64,000 nt of DNA from Eubacteriales bacterium (GCA_030527715.1 JAUNAF010000003.1:1641-65640), one strand, 5' to 3'. Numbered from the stretch's first letter, positions 26,310 to 35,992 are shown. Made by a program: numbers and translations. The notes: a model not told the origin generated them from the sequence alone.

Positions 26310-27332
26310 ATGAATAAGAAAGTACTTGTAAGTGCAGCAGCAGTTGCAGCTATGTCTGTAGCAGCAATCGGCGCTACCGTATCCGCAGATGAGGTTAAGG
26401 TTGGTATCGTTACTGATGTCGGCGGCGTAAACGACGGTTCTTTCAACCAGTCCGCTTGGGAAGGTCTTCAGAGAGCACAGGAAGAGCTTGGTATCACAGC
26501 AAGCTATCTTGAGTCTGCTACAGATGCTGACTATATCCCGAACATCGAGACCTTCGTTGACGAAGACTACGATATGATCATCTGCATCGGCTATCAGCTG
26601 GCAGACGCTCTGCGTTCAGAGGCTGAGGCAAATCCGGATGTGAAGTTCGCAATCGTTGATGATGCAACCAACGCAGATATGGAAAATGTTACCTGCCTTA
26701 TGTTCGAGCAGGCTCAGGCTTCCTACCTTGCAGGTTATACAGCCGGTCTGACCACTGAGAGCAACACGATAGGATTCGTACTTGGTATGGTTACCGATAC
26801 CATGAACGAGTTTGGTTACGGTTACTGTGCAGGTGCTCTGGATGCTAATCCGGACGTAACGGTTCTTCAGGCAAATGCAAACAGCTTTGCTGATACCGCA
26901 GCAGGTAAGACTGCAGCAAATAACATGATCGCTGACGGCGCAGACGTTATCTTCCACGCAGCAGGCGGCACAGGTCTTGGTGTGATCGATGCTTGTAAGG
27001 AAGCTGGTATCTGGGCAATCGGTGTTGACTCTGACCAGAGCTCCATCGCTCCGGCAACCATCCTTACTTCTGCTATGAAGCGTGTAGACAACGCTGTTTA
27101 CGAGATCGCTCAGGCAACTGTAGAGGGAACTGTTGAGGCTGGTGTTAAGACCTTCTCTCTTGTAGATGCAGGTGTGGACATCGCTCCGACCACAGACAAC
27201 CTCTCTGAGGAGGTTCTGGCTACCATCAACGAAGTAAAAGAGAAGATCATCGCTGGCGAGATCGAAGTTCCGAAGAACAAAGAGACCTTCGAGGCAGCTC
27301 ACGGCGAGGGCATCTATCAGCTTGCTGAGTAA
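26310..27332 (+). CDS. BMP-family (PnrA/NupN-like) nucleoside ABC transporter substrate-binding protein
   Basis: 340 aa with VGIVTDVGGVNDGSFNQSAWEGL, typical of the basic membrane protein family. The signal peptide has no lipobox Cys. Confidence 0.9.
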   Translation: MNKKVLVSAAAVAAMSVAAIGATVSADEVKVGIVTDVGGVNDGSFNQSAWEGLQRAQEELGITASYLESATDADYIPNIETFVDEDYDMIICIGYQLADALRSEAEANPDVKFAIVDDATNADMENVTCLMFEQAQASYLAGYTAGLTTESNTIGFVLGMVTDTMNEFGYGYCAGALDANPDVTVLQANANSFADTAAGKTAANNMIADGADVIFHAAGGTGLGVIDACKEAGIWAIGVDSDQSSIAPATILTSAMKRVDNAVYEIAQATVEGTVEAGVKTFSLVDAGVDIAPTTDNLSEEVLATINEVKEKIIAGEIEVPKNKETFEAAHGEGIYQLAE

Positions 27333-27359
27333 TCAGCTCGAATGAAGGATCACTCTATC

Positions 27360-27388
27360 GGGCAGAGCGCAATGCTCTGCCCGTTTTC
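27360..27388 (+). terminator. Intra-operon hairpin/attenuator after the binding-protein gene
   Basis: GGGCAGAGC-gcaat-GCTCTGCCC followed by GTTTTC. Confidence 0.6.
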
Positions 27389-27473
27389 TGCAGAGAGGAG
27401 TCTGAAGCTTTGCGGTTGCAGATTGTTTTGTACAGAAAACAGCTTGGTAACAGATAGAAAAACAGGAGGAATT

Positions 27474-29018
27474 ATGAGAGATATTTCAATGGAACGCGTG
27501 AACGCGACAAGACAGGAGATCCTGGATACCGTGAAGTGCGCTTCTCTGACTCATGAGCAGAAGGTTGCCGCACTGGCAAACAAGGCGATCTCCATGATGG
27601 AAGTGCTGGATGTTCCGGCAGGACTGGATGAACTGATGCATCAGCCGATAGAGACAAAGTGCATTTGTGATCTGGTCGAAGGCAATGCACCGCTGCGTCC
27701 GCGCTATATTATTCCGGACTATGCAAAATTTATGAAGGAAGGCAGTGAATTTTTACAGCTGGATCCGCCGAAGGATCTGTTTGAGGCGCTGAACTCTCTG
27801 CTGATCTTCTACAAGCATGTACCGAGTGTAACCAATTTCCCGGTATATGTCGGTGCACTGGATGAGCTGCTGGAGCCGTTCATCGATGATGTGGATGAGG
27901 AGACTGCAAAGAAGCTGTTAAAGCTGTTCATGATCCATATGGACCGCACGATCCTGGACTCCTTCTCACATGCAAATGTCGGACCGAAGGCAACCAAGGC
28001 AGGCAGACTGCTGCTGGAGGTCGAGGGAGAGCTGGAGCATGCAGTTCCGAACCTCACAATGAAATATGATGAGAATATCACACCGGATGATTTTGCACTT
28101 GCCGGAGTGAGAGCAGCACTGAAGAGTGCAAAGCCGAGCTTTGCAAACCACGCAATGTTCCGTGAAGAGCTGACAGACGGCTACGTGATCGCCAGCTGCT
28201 ATAACGGACTGCGTCTGGGCGGAGGTTCCTACACCCTCTGCCGTATGATTCTCGGAAATATCGCAAAGCGTTCAGAGAATCTGAAGGATTTCCAGGAAAA
28301 TCAGCTGCCGTATGTCATGGAGACCATGGCTGCCTACATGGATGAGCGTATCCGCTTTGAAGTGGAGGAGAGCGGCTTCTTTGAGAATAACTTCCTTGCA
28401 AAGGAAGGATTCATTCGCAGAGACCTGTTTACCGCAATGTTCGGTATGGTCGGTCTGGCAGAGTGTGTCAACATTCTGATGGAGAAGGAAGGAAAGACCG
28501 GCCGCTTCGGTCACAGCGAGGAGGCAGATGCCCTCGGAGTGACGATCATGGAGCAGATCGATGCTTTCAATCAGGTGCATGTGAATCCGTACTGCGAGGC
28601 AACAGGAGGACACTTCCTGCTGCATGCACAGGTTGGTATCTCAGAAGATATCGACATTACCCCGGGTACCCGTATTCCGATCGGAGAGGAGCCGGAGGAG
28701 CTGATCGATCATCTGAAGAACTGTGCAAAGTATCACAGATACTTCCCGTCAGGAACAGGAGATATCTTCCCGATCGATGTCACCGTACATCGCAATCCGG
28801 AGTTTGTGCTGGATATCATCAAGGGTGCTTTCCGTGAGAAGCTGCGTTATCTGTCTTTCTATTCTTCAGACAGTGACGTTATCCGTATCACCGGATATCT
28901 GGTAAAACGCTCTGAGATCGAGAAGCTGGAAAAAGGACAGGCGGTACTTCAGGATACGACCGCACTCGGAATGGGAGCAAAGCAGAATGGAAAGATCTTG
29001 CAGAGAAAAGTACGTTAA
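27474..29018 (+). CDS. yjjI: YjjI-family glycyl radical enzyme (substrate unknown)
   Basis: Start at the ATG at 27474, after AGGAGGAATT. 514 aa, similar to the roughly 516 aa recalled for E. coli YjjI. C-terminal glycyl-radical-type motif VIRITGYLVKR (Gly codon 28893-28895). A dedicated activase gene follows. Confidence 0.75.
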   Translation: MRDISMERVNATRQEILDTVKCASLTHEQKVAALANKAISMMEVLDVPAGLDELMHQPIETKCICDLVEGNAPLRPRYIIPDYAKFMKEGSEFLQLDPPKDLFEALNSLLIFYKHVPSVTNFPVYVGALDELLEPFIDDVDEETAKKLLKLFMIHMDRTILDSFSHANVGPKATKAGRLLLEVEGELEHAVPNLTMKYDENITPDDFALAGVRAALKSAKPSFANHAMFREELTDGYVIASCYNGLRLGGGSYTLCRMILGNIAKRSENLKDFQENQLPYVMETMAAYMDERIRFEVEESGFFENNFLAKEGFIRRDLFTAMFGMVGLAECVNILMEKEGKTGRFGHSEEADALGVTIMEQIDAFNQVHVNPYCEATGGHFLLHAQVGISEDIDITPGTRIPIGEEPEELIDHLKNCAKYHRYFPSGTGDIFPIDVTVHRNPEFVLDIIKGAFREKLRYLSFYSSDSDVIRITGYLVKRSEIEKLEKGQAVLQDTTALGMGAKQNGKILQRKVR

Positions 29019-29853
29019 GGCTCCTGTCAATAAGATCATTCCGTTCAGTTCTGTAGATGGTCCGGGCAACCGCACCGCGGTATTTCTGCAGTCCTGCAAT
29101 TTCAACTGCAGATACTGTCACAATCCGGAGACCAGAAAACTTTGCATTCACTGCGGGGACTGTGTGAAGACCTGTCCTGCAGGCGCGCTTTCCATGAAAG
29201 AGGGCAGAGTCCTGTTTGATCCGGAAAAGTGCTGTTCCTGCGATACCTGCATTAAAACCTGCACCCATGATGCAAGTCCGAAAATCCTGTATCTGGATGC
29301 GGAAGAGGTCTTTGAGAGAGTCAGACGCCAGATGCCGTATATCCGAGGAGTTACGGTGTCCGGAGGAGAGTGTACGCTGCATCCGCAGTTTCTCAGAGAA
29401 TTCTTTGAGATCTGTCAGAAAAACGGGCTGAATACACTGCTGGACAGCAATGGAACGCTGGATCTTTCAGAGCAGGAAGAGCTGCTGAAGGTCACAGACG
29501 GTGTGATGCTTGACATCAAGGCCTGGGATGCCAGACAGCACCGCGAGGTGACAGACTGTTCCAATGAGATGGTATTGAAAAATGCCGTATTCCTCGCAGA
29601 GCGGGGAAAGCTTGCCGAGGTACGTACTGTGGTAGTACCGGAGCTTTTTGATGCGGAGCAGACAGTCCGAAGGACTGTGCAGCTGCTGGCACCATATCTG
29701 GTTGCCGGACAGATCCGTTACAAGATCATTAACTACCGCCCGATGGGCGTCCGAAAAGAATATGCCGTTTACCGGACTCCGACCGCAGAGGAAATGCAGC
29801 ATCTGAAGCGCATAGCGGAGGACGGAGGTTTTACCGACGTGATAATCGTTTAA
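28987..29853 (+). CDS. yjjW: YjjW-family glycyl radical enzyme activase (radical SAM)
   Basis: 288 aa with GPGNRTAVFLQSCNFNCRYCHNPE (Cx3Cx2C) and a ferredoxin-type CIHCGDCVKTCP cluster motif. Overlaps yjjI by 32 nt. Confidence 0.85.
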   Translation: MERSCREKYVKAPVNKIIPFSSVDGPGNRTAVFLQSCNFNCRYCHNPETRKLCIHCGDCVKTCPAGALSMKEGRVLFDPEKCCSCDTCIKTCTHDASPKILYLDAEEVFERVRRQMPYIRGVTVSGGECTLHPQFLREFFEICQKNGLNTLLDSNGTLDLSEQEELLKVTDGVMLDIKAWDARQHREVTDCSNEMVLKNAVFLAERGKLAEVRTVVVPELFDAEQTVRRTVQLLAPYLVAGQIRYKIINYRPMGVRKEYAVYRTPTAEEMQHLKRIAEDGGFTDVIIV

Positions 29854-29891
29854 AAAAGAGAAAAACATAAAGTAAAAGGAGGGAATATTCG

Positions 29892-31436
29892 GTGGCGAAG
29901 CAGAGCAGTGTAGATCTGAGTAAAACAGTGATTCGCATGAAGGATATCGTAAAGACCTTTGGCAGCTTCGTGGCAAATGACCACGTAAATCTCACCGTGC
30001 ACAAGGGAGAGGTACATGCGATTCTGGGAGAAAACGGTGCCGGAAAAAGTACACTGATGAATGTACTTTACGGTCTCTATCATCCGACATCCGGAACGAT
30101 CGAGATCGATGGAAAAGAGGTGCGGATCGACAGCCCGCAGAAGGCGATCGATCTGGGTATCGGTATGGTGCATCAGCACTTCATGCTGGTACAGCCGTTC
30201 ACGGTAACGGAGAATATTATTCTCGGAACCGAGCCGACGAAGGGAATCGTCGTAGATACGAAAAAAGCGAGAGAGAAGATCGTCGAGCTTTCCGACCGCT
30301 ACAATCTGAAGGTGGATCCGGATGCAAAGATCGAGGATATCTCTGTAGGAATGCAGCAGCGTGTAGAGATCCTGAAGGTGCTCTACCGTAATGCGGAATA
30401 TCTGATCCTGGATGAGCCGACAGCATCCCTGACACCGCAGGAGATCACGGAGCTGATCGATATCATTCACCATCTGACTGCTGACGGAAAATCTGTGATC
30501 CTGATCACCCACAAACTGAAGGAGATCAAGGCAGTTGCAGATTACTGTACGATCATTCGCCGCGGAAAATATATCAACACCGTGGATGTCAGCGAATGCG
30601 ATGAGAATAAGCTGGCAGCAATGATGGTTGGCCGTGATGTGGAATTCACGGTAGAGAAAAAGGAAATGACACCGGGAGAGGTAGTGCTGGATGTGAAGGA
30701 TCTTCACGCAAAGGACTATCGTAAGGTCGAGATCCTGAAAGGTCTGAATCTGAACGTGCGCCGCGGTGAGATCGTCGGTCTCGCAGGTGTGGACGGAAAC
30801 GGACAGTCTGAGCTGGTGGAGATCATTACCGGTCTGAAGAAGGCAGAGTCCGGAGAGATCACGATGAATGGTGAGAGTATCTTCAATCTGACACCGAAGG
30901 AGATCTTCGACAAGAGTGTGACCAGTATTCCGGAGGACCGTCAGAAACATGGTCTGGTACTGGACTTCTCTGTGGCAGAGAACCTGATCCTCCAGAATTT
31001 CTATAAGGAGCCGTATGCAAAGAGCGGTATCCTGCAGAATGCGGCCATCGAGGAGCATGCAGGAGAGATGATCGAGAAATTCGATATCCGTCCGGCAGAC
31101 AGCAGTCAGCGTCCGGCAGGCACGCTTTCCGGCGGTAATCAGCAGAAGGTCATCATCGCCCGTGAGGTGACCAATGATGCAGATCTTCTGATCGCCGTAA
31201 ACCCGACACGAGGTCTGGATGTAGGTGCGATCGAGTTCGTACATAAATACATTGTAGAGCAGAGAAATAAAAACAAGGCGATCCTGCTGGTATCCTTTGA
31301 GCTGGATGAGATCATGAACCTTTCTGACCGTATCGAGGTCATCTTCGACGGACAGATCGTGGGAAGTGTACCGGGCAAGGGTGCAGATGAGAAGGAACTT
31401 GGATTTATGATGGCGGGAGGTAAGAAGAATGAGTAA
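29892..31436 (+). CDS. Nucleoside/sugar ABC transporter ATP-binding protein (fused double ATPase, NupO-like)
   Basis: 514 aa with a GTG start after AAAGGAGGG. Walker A GENGAGKST, LSGGNQQK signature, and a second degenerate NBD. Confidence 0.93.
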   Translation: MAKQSSVDLSKTVIRMKDIVKTFGSFVANDHVNLTVHKGEVHAILGENGAGKSTLMNVLYGLYHPTSGTIEIDGKEVRIDSPQKAIDLGIGMVHQHFMLVQPFTVTENIILGTEPTKGIVVDTKKAREKIVELSDRYNLKVDPDAKIEDISVGMQQRVEILKVLYRNAEYLILDEPTASLTPQEITELIDIIHHLTADGKSVILITHKLKEIKAVADYCTIIRRGKYINTVDVSECDENKLAAMMVGRDVEFTVEKKEMTPGEVVLDVKDLHAKDYRKVEILKGLNLNVRRGEIVGLAGVDGNGQSELVEIITGLKKAESGEITMNGESIFNLTPKEIFDKSVTSIPEDRQKHGLVLDFSVAENLILQNFYKEPYAKSGILQNAAIEEHAGEMIEKFDIRPADSSQRPAGTLSGGNQQKVIIAREVTNDADLLIAVNPTRGLDVGAIEFVHKYIVEQRNKNKAILLVSFELDEIMNLSDRIEVIFDGQIVGSVPGKGADEKELGFMMAGGKKNE

Positions 31437-32505
31437 GAAAAAGATATGGAACAGTAATGCCATCTATACCTTTCTGGCCATTCTGGTTGGATTTGTAGTC
31501 GGCGCAGTGCTTCTGGCTGCGGCAGGAATCAACCCGCTGGTTGCCTACGGCAAGCTCTTTACCGGTGTATTCGGAAAGGTGAAATTTGTCACCTGGAGCA
31601 TTATCTATGCAGCACCGCTGATCCTGACAGGACTCAGCGTAGCCTTCTCTTTCAGAACAGGTGTATTTAACATCGGTGCAGAGGGACAGTTTGTGGTCGG
31701 CTCTCTGGCTGCCTGTGTGGTAGGTATCCTGGTGAAGGCACCGGCTCCGGTCCATGTGCTGCTCTGTGTCGCTGCAGCAATGGCAGCCGGCGCACTCTGG
31801 GGAGCCATCGTCGGAGTTTTAAAAGTAAAGCGCGGCGTAAACGAAGTGCTTTCCTACATTATGTTTAACTGGCTTGCATTCTATCTCTCCAACTTTGTGG
31901 TCAATCTGACAGTCATCCACAGAGAGGGAGGCGGAGAGGCTACGAAGGATGTGGCTGAGACCGCACGTATCATGGCACCGCAGGCACTGATCACAGCTAC
32001 CAGCTGTACTGCGGCAAACTGGGGTATCGTGATCGCCATTGTGGCTGCTGTCGCGATCTGGTTCATCATCAAAAAGACCACCCTCGGCTTCCAGCTGCGT
32101 GCAGTAGGATTCAGCCGCAGTGCTGCAGAGTATGCAGGTATCAACACAAATCGTATGTTCCTGACAGCTATGGCGATCTCAGGTGCCATGGCAGGACTGG
32201 GCGGAGCTGTTCAGACACTCGGTATGTCCGGACGTATCAGCCAGTTCAGCAGCCAGGAGGGCTTCGGATTCCAGGGAATCACGGTTGCCCTGATCGGTGC
32301 ATCTCATCCGATCGGCTGTATCTTTGCGGGTCTGTTCTACGGAGCTATGAAGTACGGCGGAGGCAAGCTCAGTCTGGTAAATGCACCGGCTGAGGTAGTA
32401 GATATCATCATGGGTACGATCATTATCTTCATCGCTGTATCCCATGTATTTAAGAAACTGATTCTTGGAAGAGCAGAAAAAAGTAAAGGAGGAAAACAGG
32501 CATGA
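31429..32505 (+). CDS. ABC transporter permease (BMP-system, NupP-like)
   Basis: 358-aa polytopic protein overlapping the ATPase gene by 8 nt. Confidence 0.9.
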   Translation: MSKKKIWNSNAIYTFLAILVGFVVGAVLLAAAGINPLVAYGKLFTGVFGKVKFVTWSIIYAAPLILTGLSVAFSFRTGVFNIGAEGQFVVGSLAACVVGILVKAPAPVHVLLCVAAAMAAGALWGAIVGVLKVKRGVNEVLSYIMFNWLAFYLSNFVVNLTVIHREGGGEATKDVAETARIMAPQALITATSCTAANWGIVIAIVAAVAIWFIIKKTTLGFQLRAVGFSRSAAEYAGINTNRMFLTAMAISGAMAGLGGAVQTLGMSGRISQFSSQEGFGFQGITVALIGASHPIGCIFAGLFYGAMKYGGGKLSLVNAPAEVVDIIMGTIIIFIAVSHVFKKLILGRAEKSKGGKQA

Positions 32506-33437
32506 GCGAACTGATTAAAGATCTTGGTCTTCTGATCAATGCAATGCTGATCGCAACACCGCCGCTGCTGTTTGCAGCACTTGGCTCCTGTTTTTCAGAG
32601 CGCAGCGGTGTGGTAAACATCGGTATTGAGGGAATGATGACGATCGGTGCTTTTACCGGTGCGGTCGTAGCATATTTTACAGGAAACGGCTGGCTTGGAT
32701 TCCTCTGTGGAGGTCTGGCAGGAGCAGCCTTCGGTGTGATTCACGCAATCGCCTGCATCTCCTTCAACGCAGATCAGACGATCTCCGGTACCGCGATCAA
32801 CTTCCTTGCGCCGGGACTTGCAGTCTTCCTGTGTAAGGCACTGTTTGACAACTCCTCAGATTCACCGGCGCTGGACACCGCAGCAAAGCTGCCGAAGATG
32901 TTCAACGGTGTGTTTAAGGCAGGATCCTTCGGTTACAATGTACTCAACACCTACCCGGTAGCTTATCTGTGCTTTGCACTGGTGCTTCTGGTATGGTTCA
33001 TTTTCTACAAGACCAGATTCGGTATGCGTCTGCGCGCGGTCGGTGAGCATCCGCAGGCATGTGCGACACTGGGTATCGATGTTTACCGTACACGTTACAT
33101 CTGTGTGATTGCTTCCGGTTTCCTCGCAGGACTGGGCGGAGCATATGTAACACTTTCCACAGTAAGCCAGTTCCGTCCGAGTGTTATCGTAGGACAGGGC
33201 TTTATCGCCATCGCAGCAGTTATCTTCGGAAACTTCAAGCCGCAGGGTGCCATGAAGGCCTGCCTGCTGTTCGGTTTCTGTAACGGAGTCAAGGCACTGC
33301 TCGGTGCAAACAATATCGTGTCTCCGCACCTGATCTCCATGATCCCGTATGTGGTGACCATCCTGGCACTCATCTTCTTCGTAGGAGGATCACGAGTACC
33401 GGCTGCAAACGGAAAACCGTTTGTGAAAGCGAAATAA
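32502..33437 (+). CDS. ABC transporter permease (BMP-system, NupQ-like)
   Basis: 311-aa polytopic protein with an ATGA overlap with the preceding permease gene. Confidence 0.9.
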   Translation: MSELIKDLGLLINAMLIATPPLLFAALGSCFSERSGVVNIGIEGMMTIGAFTGAVVAYFTGNGWLGFLCGGLAGAAFGVIHAIACISFNADQTISGTAINFLAPGLAVFLCKALFDNSSDSPALDTAAKLPKMFNGVFKAGSFGYNVLNTYPVAYLCFALVLLVWFIFYKTRFGMRLRAVGEHPQACATLGIDVYRTRYICVIASGFLAGLGGAYVTLSTVSQFRPSVIVGQGFIAIAAVIFGNFKPQGAMKACLLFGFCNGVKALLGANNIVSPHLISMIPYVVTILALIFFVGGSRVPAANGKPFVKAK

Positions 33438-33453
33438 GAACGACAGAATTGAT

Positions 33454-33517
33454 AATGCCGTCCCGATATCTTCAGACAGCCTGCGCAGGCTGGTGAGGAT
33501 GCCGGGGCGGCATTTTC
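33454..33517 (+). terminator. Compound hairpin terminator after the nucleoside ABC operon
   Basis: Outer stem AATGCCGTCCCG / CGGGGCGGCATT encloses the perfect inner hairpin CAGCCTG-cg-CAGGCTG and is followed by TTTTC. Confidence 0.6.
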
Positions 33518-33534
33518 AAAAAGGGGTGGAACAA

Positions 33535-34440
33535 ATGAAAAAACTCAGCTTAAACTATAACATCCTGTGCATTTGCATGATCACTCTTTCTGTCGCAGGA
33601 AGTCTGGTCATGCCTGTGCAGCGCGCAGAGGCTGCATCCGGGACCAAAGAGGAGGCAGTGTCCCCGGATGCGTGGGGTGACTATACTCCGGAAAAAGCAT
33701 GGTTCCGTGTCACAGGCACCGGAGAGCAGGGAACGGCTCTGCTGGTAAGACCGGAAGAGACTTCGGAAGAGCTGCTCAGAATACCGGAAGGCGAAGAGGT
33801 ATATGTGGAGGCACTGACCGACAGAAGATACGGCTATACGACATACAACGGGATCAGTGGCTGGATCAATACCGGACATACAAGGATCGTGACGACGAGA
33901 ACGGAAGAACAGGAAGTTTCGGAGCCTCGAAAAGAGGATGAGACAGACGAAGATCAGACAGAAAAATCAGAGATACATGTCTACGAATTCTGCTATACAC
34001 CGGATGATCAGAGCTGGTCGACCGCATTTCGGTGTGCAAAGGAAAATGGAGGATATCTTGCCCGAATCGACAGCGAAGCGGAATTTGAAGTGATCGTGAA
34101 TCAGATCAGCCAGATGCCGTGGACGCAGGAGATGGTCATGTTCCAGATCGGCGGACGCAGAGATGCAGACAGTGAAAAATTTTACTGGGTAGATGAGGAA
34201 AATCAGTGCTTTGGTCCAGCGATCAATGAGAGCGGATCATGGGCGGAACAGCACTGGCATGATGGAGAGCCTTCTCTTCAGAATACCAGAAAGTCAGACG
34301 GCAGTATCACGGAAGAATATCAGCTGGATCTCTATAATGTATCCGGAGTCTGGAAGCTGAACGATTCCACAGATGATATCGTCAGCTGGTATCCGGAATA
34401 CTCAGGAAAAGTGGGATATATCGTAGAATACGAAAAGTAA
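33535..34440 (+). CDS. Secreted protein with an SH3b-like domain and a C-type-lectin-like domain
   Basis: Start at the ATG at 33535. Signal peptide ..VQRAEA. SH3b-like GTALLVRPEETSEELLRIPEGEEVYVEALTDRRYGYTTYNGISGWI. CTLD-like WSTAFRCAKENGGYLARIDSEAEFEVIV..FQIGG..FYWVDE..WHDGEPS. Confidence 0.6.
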   Translation: MKKLSLNYNILCICMITLSVAGSLVMPVQRAEAASGTKEEAVSPDAWGDYTPEKAWFRVTGTGEQGTALLVRPEETSEELLRIPEGEEVYVEALTDRRYGYTTYNGISGWINTGHTRIVTTRTEEQEVSEPRKEDETDEDQTEKSEIHVYEFCYTPDDQSWSTAFRCAKENGGYLARIDSEAEFEVIVNQISQMPWTQEMVMFQIGGRRDADSEKFYWVDEENQCFGPAINESGSWAEQHWHDGEPSLQNTRKSDGSITEEYQLDLYNVSGVWKLNDSTDDIVSWYPEYSGKVGYIVEYEK

Positions 34441-34455
34441 AGCGGGAAACATATA

Positions 34456-34487
34456 AGGGTGCTGCGGATATACAGCACCCCCTTTTA
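34456..34487 (+). terminator. Rho-independent terminator
   Basis: AGGGTGCTG-cggatata-CAGCACCCCC followed by TTTT. Confidence 0.75.
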
Positions 34488-34618
34488 TGTCTAGTAGAGA
34501 TGTTTGAATGGAATCTCCGGACTGAGACCGGCGGCTATCAAAAGAAAACGGTGGTCTCCTGATGAAAATGGTGGTAAGATAAAGTTCCGACAAAAAATAA
34601 CACAGGAAGGAAGAACTT

Positions 34619-35218
34619 GTGCCTATGACAAATATTACTTTCGGGGGTCTGGAATACTATCTTCTCGGAATCAACGTGTTTGGCTTTCTTCTCTATCTGC
34701 TGGACCTGTTCCTGCACAGGCATACACAGAAGGCGGGAATTGGGATCCTGCTGTACCCTGCAGGGGCAGCCGGAGGATCGATCGGGATTTTGCTCTGTAT
34801 GCTCCTCTTTCACAGAAAACCGGAGAAGGAGACGATGATGCTTCGCGTATTCACTGTCTGCATCTGCGTGACGGAAGTACTGCTGTTTCTGATGTATAAG
34901 GGACATCGTTCAGAACCGCTGACACTGGCTTTCTGGGAATATTTTGCTGAGCGGAGATATCTGCTGATCTACCTGGCGGTGATCAACTTCGCGGCATTTG
35001 CAGCGTATGCGGTGGATAAGGTGCATGCAGCAGAGCATAAGTCAAGGATCAGGATCGTGACATTGCTGGCACTGGCCTTTATCGGCGGTTCTGCCGGCAG
35101 TCTGCTTGCGGTATATCTGCTGAATCACAAGACGAGAAAAAATTATTTCACCATCGGAATACCGATGATGATGATCATGCAGCTGACAGTATTGTTTTTT
35201 GCCATGAATATGGGCTAG
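34619..35218 (+). CDS. DUF1294-domain membrane protein
   Basis: 199 aa (GTG at 34619 or ATG at 34625). The C-terminal half YLAVINFAAFAAYAVDKVHAAEHKSRIRIVTLLALAFIGGSAGSLLAVYLLNHKTRK is typical of DUF1294. Confidence 0.7.
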   Translation: MPMTNITFGGLEYYLLGINVFGFLLYLLDLFLHRHTQKAGIGILLYPAGAAGGSIGILLCMLLFHRKPEKETMMLRVFTVCICVTEVLLFLMYKGHRSEPLTLAFWEYFAERRYLLIYLAVINFAAFAAYAVDKVHAAEHKSRIRIVTLLALAFIGGSAGSLLAVYLLNHKTRKNYFTIGIPMMMIMQLTVLFFAMNMG

Positions 35219-35233
35219 ATCATTGGGAGAATT

Positions 35234-35992
35234 ATGGAAAGATATTTTGATATAAACAAACCGGGGTACAGCATCAAGTGCAAGCTGTACTGTGAACAGA
35301 TCCGCGAGATTCAGCATGTGGTGGTATTTCTGCATGGATTCGGCGGACATAAGGATAACAAGACCGCGGCACGCTTTGCCGAGGCTGCGATGTCGAAATT
35401 CAAGAAAATGGCGGTGCTTGCCTTTGACTGGCCCTGCCACGGAAGTGATGTGCGAAAGAAGCTGACACTGGAGGACTGCGGCATCTACCTCGATTATGTG
35501 CTGGAATATATCAGAGAGGAGCTGCATGTGACGGATATCTGTGCCTATGCGACCAGCTTTGGCGGATATCTGACATTGAAGTACCTCCATGAAAAGGGAA
35601 ATCCGTTCCGGAAGATCGCCTTTCGCTGTCCGGCAGTCATGATGTATGATGCGATGAGCAATCGAATCATGACAGAGGAAAACCGCAGACTGCTGGAAAA
35701 GGGAAAGGAAGCGCAGGTCGGCTTCGACAGAACCGTCAAAGTGGATCAGGACTTTGTCAATGAACTGCGGGAACAGGATGTGCGAGAGATGGAATTCCTG
35801 GATTTCGCAGACGATCTTCTGGTGATCCAGGGAACAAAGGATGAGATCCTTCCATATGAAGAAGTGATGAAATTCTGCGATGACAACGTGATCGAATGTA
35901 TTCTGATCGAGGATGCGGATCACCGGTTTCAGGATCTGCAGAAGCTGAAGCTGGCACACAGCCATATCATTCAGTTCTTTGCCGCTCGCTGA
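35234..35992 (+). CDS. Alpha/beta-fold hydrolase
   Basis: 252 aa with VVFLHGFGGHKDN, nucleophile elbow YATSFGG, and late Asp (GTKDE) and His (DADHRF). Confidence 0.8.
   Translation: MERYFDINKPGYSIKCKLYCEQIREIQHVVVFLHGFGGHKDNKTAARFAEAAMSKFKKMAVLAFDWPCHGSDVRKKLTLEDCGIYLDYVLEYIREELHVTDICAYATSFGGYLTLKYLHEKGNPFRKIAFRCPAVMMYDAMSNRIMTEENRRLLEKGKEAQVGFDRTVKVDQDFVNELREQDVREMEFLDFADDLLVIQGTKDEILPYEEVMKFCDDNVIECILIEDADHRFQDLQKLKLAHSHIIQFFAAR

Noticed and set aside
34488-34618. A 130-nt untranslated gap upstream of the DUF1294 gene with short stems (GAGACC..GGTCTC), considered as a possible cis-regulatory RNA.
   Set aside because: The stems are short and I recognise no conserved riboswitch core. A call cannot be supported without comparative data.
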